A program made the position numbers and the translations under genes. This document shows, piece after piece, positions 35,800 to 49,267 of a stretch of 64,000 bases of DNA. Source of the DNA: Squalus acanthias (Eukaryota). The stretch spans positions 1,302,001 to 1,366,000 of the forward strand of contig CM059432.1 in the NCBI GenBank assembly GCA_030390025.1. Direction: 5' to 3'. The first letter of the stretch is position 1; each line of letters starts with the position of its first letter. The notes under the pieces were generated by a model, which was given only the letters and a program-made list of their open reading frames with translations, made no database searches and was not told the DNA's origin.

Positions 35800-38592
35800 C
35801 ATCCGAGAGGTTGAGAAGGAGGTCCCACAGACACTGGTCCTGTCCAACAGGTACGATGTACACTCTACCTGTGAGGACAAGGAGAAAGACTGCAGGGAGG
35901 ACAGCCACACGTCACCGTGACTCAGAAGGCTGTCCAAGGGGGGGGGGGGGGGGGGGAGAGCAGAATAGAAATGTGGTAGTAATAGGGGACTCTATAATTA
36001 GGGGGATAGATAGCGTCCTCTGCAGTCAAGATCGAGAATCCCAAAGGGTATATTGCCTACCCGGTGCTAGGATAAGGGATATCTCACGGTGGCTGGAGAG
36101 GAACTTGGGAAGGGAGGGGATAAATCCAGTTGTCGTGGTCCATGTTGGAACAAATGACATGGGTAGGAACAGGGAGGAGGTCCTGCTGAAAGAGCTTCAG
36201 GAGTTAGGCTCTAAATTAAAAAGCAGGACCTCGAGGGTAATAATCTCTGGATTATTGCCCCAGCCACGCGCAAACTGGCATAGAAGCAGACAGATCAGGA
36301 GAATTAACACGTGGCTAAAGGGCTGGTGTGGGAAAGAGGGGTTCCTTTTCATGGGACAGGGAGGAGCTGTACCGATGGGACGGGCTCCACCTGAACCGGG
36401 ATGGAACCCGTGTCCTCGCGGAAAGGGTAAATAGGGAGGTGACAAAGGCTTTAAACTAGTAAGATGGGGGGGAGGGATCTACAAGAAACGTAAGCAGCCT
36501 AAATATAAACAAAACAGAAAAAATGAGCATAGGAAAGAATATAGTAAGGGAGGACATTGACGGCAAGGGAGCAAATAGAGTTATAGAACAGGAATATTAA
36601 ATCATTATTTTGCTTCGGTATTTACCAGGGAGATAGAACAGGTGAAGATGATATTGGATGATGAGATGAGTAATGAGATAAGTGCATTTAAAATTTAAAA
36701 AAAGGGGGATATATTAAATAAACTAATCAAACTCAAAGAGGATAAAACCCCTGGTCCGGATGGATTGATTCCCCGCATTTTAAAAGAATCTAGGGAAGAG
36801 ATAGCAGAGGCATTACGACACATATTTAATAATTCGTTAGAAAAAGGTGTAGTGCCAGAGGACTGGAAGATAGCTAACGTAATACCTATATTTAAGAAGG
36901 GGGAAGAACATGTCCAGGGCATTATAGACCAGTCAGCTTAACATCTGTGGTAGGAAAAATAATGGAATCCCTACTAAAGTAGAAAATAGAAGAACATCTA
37001 GAAACGAAAAGTATAATAATGAATAGTCAGCATGGATTTCAAAAGGGAAAATCTTGGTTGACCAACCTTATTGAATTTTTTGAAGAGGTAACAGAGAGAG
37101 TAGACAATGGTAATACAGTAGATGTAATTTATCTAGATTTTCAAAAGGCCTTCGATAAGGTACCCCATAATAGACTAACAAATACGGTCAGTGAATGCGG
37201 AGTCGGGACAAGTAGCAGAATGGATTGCTAGCTGGCTTCAAGACAGAAAGCATAGAGTGGGAGTAAAGGGTAGCTATTCAGAGTGGCAGGTGGGTAGTGG
37301 TGTTCCACAAGGATCAGTGCTGGGACCACTGCTGTTCACAATTTACATTATGTGTGGGTTAGGTTGATTTGGCTATGATAAATTGACCCTTAGTGTTAGG
37401 GAGGATTAAATATGTGGGGTTATGGGGATAGGATGGGATATGTTAGGGGGAATTAAATACATGGGGTTACGGGGGTAGTGTGGGATATGTGTACTGTGGG
37501 GATTGGAGCAGGGACAGGGTAATGGATTTGGATGATCAGCCATGATCGTATTGAATGGCGGAGCAGGCTCGACGGGCCGAATGGCCTACTCCTGCTCCTA
37601 GATTCTATGTTTCTATGTTAACGATTTAGACTTTGGAATCAAAAGCACAATTTCTAAATTTGCGGATGATACCAAATGGGGGGGGAGGGGGTTGGTCAAT
37701 ACTGAGGAGAACTGCAACAAATTACAGGAGGACATTAATAAACTTGTATAATTGGCAAATGAAATTCAACACAGATGAATGTGAGGTATTACATTTTGGT
37801 AGGAAAAATAGGGAGATCACATCACTTGGAGGGTGTGAGTCTAGATGGGGTAGAGGAACAAAGGGATCTCGGAGTACAAATACACAAATCACTAAAAGTT
37901 GCGACACAGGTTAGCAAGGCCATAAAAAAAGCAAACCAAGCACTAGGGTTTATTTCTAGAGGGATAGAATTGAAAAGTAGGGAAGTTATGCTAAACCTGT
38001 ATCGAACCTTGGTTAGACCATACTTAAGAGTACTGCGTACAGTTCTGGTCGCCATATTCTGAAAAGGATATAGAGGCACTGGGTACAGAGAAGATTTACA
38101 AGGATGATACCAGAAATGCGAGGGTATACATATCAGGAAAGGATGAACAGGCTGGGACTCTTTTCTCTTGGGGGGGGGGGAAAAAGAAGGCTGAGGGTTG
38201 ACCTAATAGAGGTCTTTAAAATTATGAAAGGTTTTGATAGAGTGGATACAGAGAGAACATTTCCACTTGTGGGGAAGAGCAAAACTAGAGGCCATCAATA
38301 TAAGATAGTCACCAAGAAATCAAATAGGCAATTCAGAAGAAACTTCTTTACCCAGAGAGTGGTGAGAATGTGGAACTCGCTACCACAGGGAGTGGTTGAG
38401 GCGAATAGTATAGATGCATTTAAGGGGAAGCTGGACATACATATGAGGGAGAAGGGAATAGAGGGTTACGCTGATAGAGTTAGATGAGGAAAGACGGGAG
38501 AAGGCTCGAGTGGAACATAAATGCCGGCATGGACTGTTTGGGCCGAATGGTCTGTTTCTGTGCCGTATATCCTGTGTAATCCTATATAATCC
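35800..38592 (+). mobile_element. Decayed CR1: ORF1 esterase remnant (35900-36460) and ORF2 RT region (36595-38487)
   Basis: VIGDSIIRG, HVGTND; YLDFQKAFDKVPH; CR1 tail. Confidence 0.85.
37352..37617 (+). mobile_element. 5'-truncated V/HE1-like SINE with CR1 tail, inserted in CR1 RT
   Basis: GGTTAGGTTGATTTGGCTATGATAAATTGACCCTTAGTGT then CR1 tail; host reads TTTACATT|AACGATTTAGAC. Confidence 0.6.
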
Positions 38593-38659
38593 TGTCCTGA
38601 TCCAGTGCCTAAACAGCAGCCAAGTGATCTATCGGTTTTATTCTTGTTAGTGGTTTGAT

Positions 38660-38932
38660 ACTGCAGAGTGGCTTGCTAGACCAGTCCAGAGCCAGTTAAG
38701 TCAACCACGTTGCTGTGGGCCAGACCAGGTAAGGATGGCAGGTTTCCTTCCCTAAAGGGACATTAGTGAACCCAGTTGTTTTTTTTCGATAGCTTCATGG
38801 TTATTTATTCACTGATGACAGCTTTTTCTTTCCAAATATTTTTATCTGAATTCATATTCTCTTACTGCTATGAGATTTGAGCTCGTGTTCTCTGGAGTAT
38901 TAGTCCAGTAACATAACCACTAGTCTAGCATA
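38660..38932 (-). mobile_element. tRNA-derived SINE (63528-type), decayed
   Basis: Reverse head CCAGTAACATAACCACTA and body TTCCTTCCCTAAAGGGACATTAGTGAACC. Confidence 0.7.
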
Positions 38933-39094
38933 CCCGATAGTAAGACATGCTTGTCTGAAGTTTGTGCTGAGGATTAGTATCTGACTGTTATATTTGATGT
39001 GGCAGTTCTTAATGCTGATTCTGGTTCCTGATTCATAATGTTTCATTCCCCAGCACTGATGCACAAAAAAAAATCTTCTTGTGACAGTGTGACA

Positions 39095-39498
39095 ATAAGA
39101 ACATAAGAATCAGGAGTAGGCCATACGGCCCCTTGAGCCTGCTCCTCCATTCAATAAGATCATGGCTGATCTTCAACCTCAACTCCACTTTCCTGCCCGA
39201 TCCCCATATTCCTTGATTCCCCTAGAGTTGAAAATCTGTTGAATATACACAACAATTCAGCATCCACAGCCCTTTGGGTAGAGAATTCCACAGATTCACA
39301 ACCCTCTGAGTGAAGAAATTCCTCCTCATCTCAGTCTTAAATGGCCGACCCCTTATCCTGAGACTGACCCCTAGTTCGAGACTCTCCAGCCAGGGGAAAC
39401 AACCTCTCAGCATCTACCCTGTCAATCCCCCTCAGAATCATATATGTTTCAATGAGATCACCTCTCATTCTTCTAAACTCCAGAGAGTATAGGCCCAA
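39095..39498 (-). mobile_element. CR1 3' fragment
   Basis: LGLYSLEFRRMRGDLIE and tail. Confidence 0.85.
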
Positions 39499-42277
39499 AG
39501 AACTGGGATTACTCCTGCACTCCCAACACACAAAGTAATAGACAAGTGCAATAGATTGTCATCTAAAGTAGCAAAATATTATATGCTAAATAACTCTTTG
39601 AAAAAGGAGATGGATGAATATCTGTTTGAATGCACAGATCATGATGGATCCAATCCTGTTGGTACACTAGAAGAAAGCACGTACATACAAATTAAACATG
39701 GTACACAGTTAAGTTTCTCATAAATATGTATGTTTATGGATTATAATTCTAAATATATCAGGAATTTAGAAGTGAGCACCTGATGGATTGCAACGTCCTC
39801 AGCTGAGTGTAATTTATGCATGTTATTAGAGTAAAATCCATTAAGGTTTGGGGTGAAGGGAAACCACAGTGAATGACAATGTGAACATGATACCTTTTTC
39901 TGTGATCCTACTTTGTAGATTATCTGGTAAAATTGTTCTGCAAAACTCTCTATCTGATGGTGGGAGCAGCAGCTGATGTGCCACAGGTAGGTTGGCTTTG
40001 AACAAGAGGGATTACTGGTGTCAACTTTTACAAATACGCTTTGAAATTCAATTTCTGTCTTGTTTACTTTAGTATTTTTTTTTTGTGTAAAGTTCCTCTG
40101 TGTTCTGACCAGTTGCCTTGATTCACAAAACAAAAATCTGCTCATTTCCATGAATTTGCACGCTCGCTATCTGTGTCCTTCTGAGAAAGAAACCAAAATT
40201 CCTCTGAATTTTTGTCACTGCTCTGATCTTGAGCTTTGCCATTGTGAATAGAAAAGGTAAAATTCCAGTTGATCTCCCCATAACACTGCATGTGAAGGAA
40301 AGATATAATATCAGGGGTGCTTTTGTTCAAATCTTTCAATATTATTATTTTTCTTATTTTGACTTTAATATTTTGACCGTTTCTGATTTTTATTTTTTGT
40401 TCAAAAAAAGTTATTTTTATAAAAGAAAATTGATTACTAGCTTTCAAATTATTTTTATATGGCATTTCAATTTTTTTCCTACTTTATCTTCATTATTTTC
40501 AAAATTTGTCAGTTTGATTTTTCTGGCGCGTTCCCAGTACAAGCCATATCGGAGAAAGTACTTTCAGGGAAAATGCTTTTGGGCTTATAAGAACATAAGA
40601 AATAAGAGCAGGAGTAGGCCATTCGGCCCTTCAAGCATGCTCCGCCATTCAATGAGATCATGGCTGATCTTCTGCCTCAACTACATTCACCGGCCCTATC
40701 GCCATATCCCTTGATGCCCTTACTAGTCAGAAATCTATCGACTTCTGTTTTGAATATACCCAATGACTGAGCCTCCACAGCCCTCTGGGGTAGAGAATTC
40801 CAAAGATTCACCACCCTCTGTGTGAAGAAATTTCTTTTCATCTCAGTCCTGAATGGCCTACCCTTTATCCTGAGGCTGTGGCCCCTGGTTCTAGACTCCT
40901 CAGCCAAGGGAAACATTCTCCCAGCATCCATCCTATCAAGCCCTGTAATAATTTTGTATGCTTCAATGAGATCCCCTCTCATTCTTCTGAATTCAAGAGA
41001 ATACAGGCCTAGTTTACTCAATCTCTTCTCATACGACAGTCTCGCCATCCCAAGAATCAACCTCGTGAACCTTCGTTGCACTCCCTCTATGGCAAGTATA
41101 TCCTTCCTTGGGTAAGGAGACCAAAATCGTACACAGTACTCCAGGTGTGGTCTCACCAAGGCCCTATATAATTGGAGTAAGACTTCTTTACTCCTGTACT
41201 CAAATCCTCTTGTAATGAAGGCCAGCATACCATTTGCCTTCCCAATGGCTTGCTGCACATTCACTTTCAGTGACTCATGTACAAGGACACCCAGGTCCCT
41301 TTGAGCATCTGCATTTCCCAATCTTTCACCATTTAGGAAATACTCTGCCTTTCTGTTTTTTCTACCAAAGTGGATAACTTCACATTTATCCACATTATAT
41401 TCCATCTGCCATGTTCTCGCCCACTCACTGTCAAGATCCCCTTGAAGCCTCTTCACATCCTCTTCACAACTGACACTGCCACCTAGCTTTGTATCATCAG
41501 CAAATTTGGAAATGTTACATTTAGTCCCCTCATCCAAATCATTGATATAGATTGTGAATAGCTGGGGCCCAAGCACCGATCCTTGCGGTACCCCACAGCC
41601 TGCCATCCTGAAAAAGACCCGTTTATCCCTACTCTTTGTTTTCTGTCTGTTAACCAATTCTCAATCCATGCTAGTATATTAACCCCAATTCCATGTGCCC
41701 TAATTTTGTTCACCAACCTCTTGTGTGGGACCTTATCGAAGGCCTTCTGAAAATCCAGATACACCACATCTACTGGTTCCCCTTTGTCTACTCCACTAGT
41801 TACATCCTCAAAGAACTCCAATAGGTTTGTCAAACAGGATTTCCCTTTCATAAATCCATGTTGACTCTGCCCAATCTTACTATTAGTTTCTGAGTGCCCA
41901 GTTATTGCATCCTTTATAATAGATTCCAGCATTTTCCCAACTACTTAGGTGAGGCTAACAGGTCTGTAGTTCCCCATTTTCTCTCTCCCTCCTTTCTTAA
42001 ATAGCGGGTTATATTTGCTATCCTCCAATCTGCAGGAACCGTTCCAGAATCTATAGAATTTTGGAAGATGACAACCAATGCCACTGGCCACCTCTTTCAA
42101 AACCCTAGGATGTAGGTCATCCGGTCCTTGGGATTTATCGACTTTTAGTCCCATTAATTTTGCTAGTACTGTTTTTTTACTAATAATTTCTTTAAGTTCC
42201 TCATTCTCGTCACACCCTTGGTTTTCTCATATTTCTGGGAGGTTTTTTGTGTCTTCCTCCGTGAAGACAGAAACAAA

Positions 42278-44120
42278 GGGCTGGATTTTGTCTTGGGGTC
42301 GTGTAATCCGAATTTCGTGTTTCCCTACGACTCCAGATTAATGTGGACGCCTGATGTAATTTTCACTTATTTGGGCAATTGAGTTGCAGCATGTGGGAAC
42401 CCATGAACTAATTAGTGGTTTCGGTCTGAAACCCGCCTCTGATGATGTCATCATTGCTGCCTGCCTGCTCTCATAAATTGTCTGGCTACTAATGAGAGAA
42501 ACCATAGACATAGACATAGAAAATAGGTGCAGGAGTAGACCATTCGGTCCTTCGAGCCTGCACCGCCATTTAATGCGTTCATGGCTGAACATGCTACCTC
42601 AGTACCCCATTCCTGCTTTCTCGCCATACCCCTTGATCCCCCTAGTTGTGAGTATTATATCTAACTCCCTTTTGAATATATTTAGCGAACTGGCCTCAAC
42701 AACCTTCTGTGGTAGAGAATTCCACAGATTCACCACTCTCTGGGTGAAGAAGTTCCTCCTCATCTCAGTCTTAAATGGCTTCCGCTTTATCCTTAGACTG
42801 TGACCCCTGGTTTTAGTTTTCCCTAACATTGGAAACATTCTGCCCGCATCTAATTTGTCTAAACCAGTCAGGATTTTAAATGTCTCTATAAGATCCCCCC
42901 TCATTCTTCTGAACTCCAGAGGATACAAGTTCAGTTGATCCAGTCTTTCTTGATATGTCAGTCTGGCCATCCCAGGAATCAATCTAGTGAACCTTCGTTG
43001 CACTCCCTCAATAGCAAGAATGTCCTTCCTCAAGTTAGGAGACCAAAACTGCACACAATACTCCAGGTGTGGCCTCACCAAGGCCCTGTACAACTGTAGC
43101 ATCACCTCCCTACTCCTGTACTCAAATCCCCTTGCTATGAAGGCCATCATGCCATTTGCTTTCTTGACTGCCTGCTGCACTTGCCTTCCCACCTTCAGTG
43201 ACTGATGTACCATGACGCCCAGGTCTCGTTGCACCTCCCCTTTCCCTAATCTGCCACCATTCAGGTAATAGTCTGCCTCCCTATTTTTACCACCAAAGTG
43301 GATAACCTCACATTTATCCACATTGTACTTCATCTGCCATACATTTGCCCATTCACCCAACCTGTCCAAGTCACTCTGTAGCCTCCTAGCATCCTCCTCA
43401 TTGTTCACACTGCCTCCCAATTTAGTGTCATCCGCAAATTTGGAGATATTACAATTAATCCCTTCGTCCAAATCATTAATATATAATGTAAACAGCTGGG
43501 GCCCCAGCACCGAACCCTGCGGTACCCCGCTAGTCACTGCCTGCCATTCTGAACAGTACCCATTTACTCCTACTCTTTGTTTCCTGTGTGCCAACCAGGA
43601 CCTGTCTGCATTGCTTCTGATGTGAGTGTACCTGGATGCAAATGACAGAGAGAGAGAGAGAATTTTTTGCATCCAAGTCCTCTTACACCAAATGCCATGA
43701 CATTGAATGTAGCAGTATCAGAGGCGACTTTCACACCTAATACTACTACTACTACTACCTTCATCACATCACATCTCCGTTGTAATAGTGGACCTGCAGC
43801 TGATAGTCAGCTATCCACTTGTGCTCCCGCCAGGTTTCACTGGAGTGTTTCACACCAGGCGTGCTTCACGTCAGAAAAGGGTTAAACGAGCTACAACGTT
43901 TCAAAATGGCATTACAGACCCAATTTAGGGCTTGTTAAGGGCTTTAATGGCCTCTCCCGCCTCCAAGAGGCGGGACGGAGTCGGGAACCCCGCGACTGAT
44001 TTTGTCAAAATTGCGTGGAGGCGGGATGGAGTCGGGATGGGGTCGGAAACCCCGACCCCGCAAATTTAACCCCCCACACGCCTCCAAACCCGACTCCATG
44101 GGTCATTCAAAATCCAGCCC
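42278..44120. mobile_element. Harbinger-type MITE carrying a nested CR1
   Basis: TIR GGGCTGGATTTTG...CAAAATCCAGCCC; TSD AAA; related to 47748-48431. Confidence 0.88.
42505..43597 (-). mobile_element. Young 5'-truncated CR1 inside the MITE
   Basis: Open ORF2 C-terminus to stop at 42599; (TCTATG)n tail. Confidence 0.92.
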
Positions 44121-45824
44121 AAAGTATTTATTTAATTTCTCTGCCATTTCCTCATTCCCCATTATAAATTCTCCCGTCTCTGACTGTAAAGGACCTACAT
44201 TTACCTTCGCCAGTCTTTTCCTTTTCACATACCTACAGAAGATTTTACAATCCGTTTTTATATTTTTCGCTAGTTTGTGCTGATATTCCATTTTCCCTTT
44301 CTTTATCAATTTCTTGGTCCCCCTTTGCTGATTTCTAAAAAGATCCCAATCCTCAGGCTGACTGCTTTTTCTGGCAACTTTATAAGCTTCCTCCTTTGAC
44401 TTAATACTAGCTTTAATTTCTTTTGTTAGCCATGGTTGGATCACTTTTCCTTTTGGGTTTTTATGCCCTAGAGGAATATATGTTTGTTGCAAATTATGCA
44501 TTATTTCCTTGAATGTTAGCCATTGTATGTCCACCTTCATACCTTTTAGTGTAGTCTCCCAATCTACCATGGCCAACTTGTCCCTCATACCCTTGTAGTT
44601 TCCTCTGTTTAGATTGAAGACCTTAGTTTCAGATTGGACTACATCACTCTCAAACTTAATGTAAAATTCAATCATATTATGGTCACTTGTCCCTAAAGGC
44701 CCCTTTACCACAAGATTATTGATTAGCCCTTTCTCATTACACAGTGCCAGATCCAGAATAGCCTGTTCCCTGGTTGGTTCCTCCACATACTGATCCAGGA
44801 AACCATCTCGCATGCATTCCAAGAATTCGTCTTCCACACCATTAGTGGTAATTTGATTTGCCCAGTTAATATGTAGATTAAAGTCCCCCATGATTACCGT
44901 ATTGCCCTTGTTACATGCACTTCTAAGCTCTTGATTGATACTGTGCCCTACATTACCATTACTGTTTGGTGGCCTATACACAACTCCCACCAATGTTTTC
45001 TGCCCTTTGCTGTTTCTTAGCTCCACCCAAACTGATTCCAGTTCTACATCACGATCTGCCAAGCCAGGCAACATACCATCCTGGAGTCACGTCTGCGGCC
45101 ACAGAAACATCTGTCTGTTCCACTTACGATAGAAACCCCTATCACTATTGCTCTCCCACTCTTTTTCCTCCCCTCCTGTGTAGCTGAGCCACTCGTAGTG
45201 CTGTGGACTTGGCTCTTGCTGCATTCCCCTGAGAAACCATCTCCCCCAGCAGTATCCAAACGGAAAAACTGTTGGAGAGGGAGATGGACCCAGGGGACTC
45301 CTGCACTACCTTCCTAGTTCTTTTACTCTGTCTGGTGGTCACCCATTCCCTGTCTGCCTGTGCACTGTTTAGCTGCGGTGTGACCACCTCGTTAAACGTG
45401 CTATCCACGAAGATCTCAGCCTCGTGGATGCTCCACAGTGACTCCAGCCGCAGCTGCAGGTCGCAAACGCAGATTTCGAGTAGCTGCAGCTGGAGACACT
45501 TCATGCACACTTGTTCACCCTGGACACCGAAAGTGTCCCTGACTTCCCACATAGCACAGGAGGAGCACTCCACGCTGCCGAGCTGCCCTGCCATGACCTA
45601 CCCTTAATTTACTCCCTTTACTTCCTTTAAATTAAAGAATATTAAATACACTAGGGACCTTACTTCACTTTAAACACTACTTACTCTAAATTAGAGACCT
45701 TTTACTTTAACCACTGGACTGTAGAAATACTCACCAGCTCCTACTTACCAATCAGCTCCTTCCCTTGTGCCGACGTCACTTTTAATCTCTGACGTCACTT
45801 TCGAATGTTGCCTGTTGAGGTCCA

Positions 45825-46500
45825 CTCTCGCTGCTGCTCCCAATAGCTCGGTCTGGGCCTCGAGCCTCAGGCTTTATTTCCTCGCTCCTCCTTCGCCTGT
45901 TCCCTCACAGGTCGGTCCGCTCTCGCTGCTGCTCCCAATAGCTCGGTCTGGGCCTCGAGCCTCAGGCTTTATTTCCTCGCTCCTCCTTCGCCTGTTCCCT
46001 CACAGGTCGGTCCGCTCTCGCTGCTGCTCCCAATAGCTCGGTCTGGGCCTCGAGCCTCAGGCTTTATTTCCTCGCTCCTCCTTCGCCTGTTCCCTCACAG
46101 GTCGGTCCGCTCTCGCTGCTGCTCCCAATAGCTCGGTCTGGGCCTCGAGCCTCAGGCTTTATTTCCTCGCTCCTCCTTTGCCTGTTCCCTCACAGGTCGG
46201 TCCGCTCTCGCTGCTGCTCCCAATAGCTCGGTCTGGGCCTCGAGCCTCAGGCTTTATTTCCTCGCTCCTCCTTGGCCTGTTCCCTCACAGGTCGGTCCGC
46301 TCTCGCTGCTGCTCCCAATAGCTCGGTCTGGGCCTCGAGCCTCAGGCTTTATTTCCTCGCTCCTCCTTGGCCTGTTCCCTCACAGGTCGGTCCGCTCTCG
46401 CTGCTGCTCCCAATAGCTCAGTCTGGGCCTCGAGCCTCGGGCTTTATTTCCTCGCTCCTCCTTGGCCTGTTCCCTCACAGGCTGGTCCGCTCTTGCTGCT
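45825..46500. repeat. 95-bp x7 tandem repeat at CR1 5' end
   Basis: Units at 45825, 45920, 46015 ... 46395. Confidence 0.93.
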
Positions 46501-47747
46501 GCTTCTTTGAGCTGTTTAAACGCAGTCACCACTTGACCATTCTGTGGAGTCAGAAGGAATGCAGCACGAAGCGTGGAACATGAAGGGCACTTCAGTCACT
46601 CGTGCAATGAGGCCTGGAAGTTGCGGAAGCATAGAAAATTGGAAAATATGGCAGGCAAAGCCCCCTGCAGCAGAAGGCAAGCTCGAGGCTCCTGAGAGGA
46701 GAGGCCCATTTGGGGGAAAAGCTGCAAGATTTATAAAGTGGGATAGGTAAGTTTAGTGTGGAGTTTTTTCCCCCCCCCTTCTGAGTTGTTTAATTTTTAA
46801 GCTATACATTTTATTTGTAAGTGGAGCTGGAAGGAAGTAAGATGGCTGCTCATTTTTTTTCAGGGATTTGATTGCTTTTGTGATTGTTGACTAATTGCTT
46901 TTAAGTAAATTGACTTTCTTTTTGCTGATTCTGGTTCCGGATGAGGTTTCAGCCAAACAGCAAGTTTCGAGCACTTTCCCACACCCTGCAGATGCATGTA
47001 AAATATTTACGTATGTATGTACATTGATAGATTTGGCCATTAAAATTTTAATGAAACTGAACACTCAGGCAAAATGATTGGTGTAGAGCTCTCAATGGGT
47101 TCCAAATTGTCAACGTTTGGCCCAGCAGTTTTAATTTTACTCCATTTTTTTGATATCATTATTAAATAAGGAATCCGTATAAATGTACTGGTGACTGAAT
47201 CAGGCGCAGCCTGTTGCAGAACCAATGTTAATGTTAATTACAAAATAACAGACGTGTCCCAACTGTTTTGAGTTTTCAGCAATTCAGCATTATTTGCTTC
47301 ATGGTTGACTAAGTCCAAAACTGAGCTACTTTTGTCAATTCTACAAGAAACACTAAAGATTACTCATTGCAGTTTTTTTTTCTCTTGATGTTAACTCAGC
47401 AAGTATTTTTAAAGACAAGGAAACAAAATAGCGAGAACCGAAAGCAGCATTCATAATGGCTTTGAAAAGGGAAGTGTCAGAAGTACATTTAAAGCAATTT
47501 AAAGTTGGGACCCTTTTACGATTTTGAATGCCCCAGTGCTCGACTTGCCACGTGCTGAACTTGCCCAGCAACTTGTGGTGCTGACTGTCAGGAAGCATCC
47601 CTCAGCACCATGCAGTACTTGCAGATTTGTCATTTCAGGCTATTGGTTAACTTCACGGTGATTTTTGGTTTATAAAAAGTTCTGAAACTGCTGCAAAGAA
47701 TATTTAGCTGGTATAGCACTCTTGTTGGCTGTCTTTATAAATGGTCT

Positions 47748-48431
47748 GGGCTGGATTTTGTCTTGGGGTCGGGTTGGGGTCGTGTCATCCGCATTTCATG
47801 TTGCCCCCCCTGACTCCAGATTAATGTGGATGAATGATGCAATTTTCACTTAATTGGGCAATTGAGTTCCAGCATGTGGGAACCCATGAACCAGTTAGTG
47901 GTTTGAGTCTGAAAGTCGCCTCTGATGATGTCATCATTGCAGGTCAGAGACTGCCTGCCTGGTCTCAGAGACTGCCTGGCCTTTGCTGTGAGTGGACCTG
48001 TAAATGAAGAGAGAGAGAGAGGCAGGCAGTCAGTCAGTCAGTCTCTGAAGACATTCAATGCAGCAGCATCATCAGAGGCGACTTTAAGACCTAATACTAC
48101 TACTACCTTCATCACATCTCCGTTGTAATAGTGGACCTGCAGCTGATAGTCAGCTATCCACTTGTGCTCCCGCCAGGTTTCACTGGCGTGTTTCACATCA
48201 GGCGTACTTCACGTCCGAAAAGGGTTAAACTAGCTAAGACGTTTCAAAATGGCATTACAGAGCCAATTTAGGGCTTGTTAAGGGCTTTAATGGCCTCTCC
48301 CGCCTCTTGGAGGCGGGATGGAGTCGGGAACCCCACGACTGATTTTGTCAAAATTGCGTGGAGGCGGGATGGGGTCGGGACCCCCCACACGCCTCCAAAC
48401 CCGACTCCACGGGTCATTGAAAATCCAGCCC
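47748..48431. mobile_element. Harbinger-type MITE, uninterrupted
   Basis: TIR GGGCTGGATTTT/AAAATCCAGCCC; flanks TCT/TTT; body alignable to 42278-44120. Confidence 0.85.
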
Positions 48432-48559
48432 TTTGCCTCCGCTTATGAGTGGTCTGGTAAGGTTACCTTCGGGCTGGACTGGGGTCGAGGGGGAGCAGCA
48501 AGGAAGACAGTAGAGAGCAGGAGCAGCTGCGACAAGAGGGAAGAGAAAGTTGGCTCCGT

Positions 48560-49135
48560 GCAGGAGTCATATCCACAGTGGGTATTCAAGGACCACTTCG
48601 ACCTCAACTTCACTGAGGAACAATGTATGAGGTGCCTTTTGCTTCACAAAGGAGACTTTCACCGAGCTATGTATCCTGTTGCAGCCACAACTATAGCCTC
48701 GCACCTGGTCATGGACAGCACTGCCTGAGGCTGTTATGGTTACTGTGGCCCTTAGCTTTATGCCACAGGCTTTTTCCATGCTGCAGCAGGTGATATCAGC
48801 GACATCCCAGTTCGCAGTCCACCGCTGTATTGGGGAGGTCACCGAGGTTCTTTACACCAGGAGGAACACCTACATCTCCTTCCACTAGGACTAAGCGAAG
48901 CAAGACGAGAGAGCACAAGGCTGACAGGCTTCCCCAGAGTGCAAGGTGCCATAGACTGCACCCACATTGCTTTGCATGCTCCCCATCACCAGCCTGGCAG
49001 CTTTATCAATCGTAAGGGATTCAGATCCCTCGGCATCTAGCTGGTTTGTGACCACAGACAGCGCATCATGCAGGTCTGTGCCCGGTATCCTGGCAGCAGT
49101 CATGCGCCAGTCCTCTGTGCCACCTTTATTCCATT
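48560..49135 (+). pseudogene. Decayed Harbinger (HARBI1-like) DDE transposase
   Basis: GFPRVQGAIDCTHIAL, FINRKGFRSL, VCARYPGSSH. Confidence 0.85.
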
Positions 49136-49267
49136 GATCTCTCGTCTTGCTTTGCTTGGTCCATGTGGAAGGTGATGTAGGTGTTCCTCCTGGTGTAAAG
49201 AGCCTCGGTGACCTCCCCAATATAGCGGAGGACTGCGAACTGGGATGTCGCTGATATCACCTGCTGC

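Larger units (their letters stand above)
27425..35800 (-). mobile_element. LINE family B endonuclease region split into three pieces (27425-27903, 32597-32926, ~35502-35800)
   Basis: WHYHRAKWDRL, DQPWFNEECRRAC, LWVGDFNIHHQ, ITTYRSPSADES; pieces are collinear across two CR1 insertions. Confidence 0.75.
40587..46505 (-). mobile_element. Originally full-length CR1, now decayed, with a nested MITE
   Basis: 5' repeats; ORF1 from 45594 (CSSC..CMKC) deleted into the ORF2 endonuclease at ~45060; ORF2 is collinear across 42278-44120. Confidence 0.9.

Noticed and set aside
45825..46500. CRISPR-like array
   Set aside because: No unique spacers; eukaryotic LINE 5' repeat
46560..46752. Candidate exon ending at TAG|GTAAGT
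   Set aside because: No clear acceptor or homology; cannot be supported without RNA data
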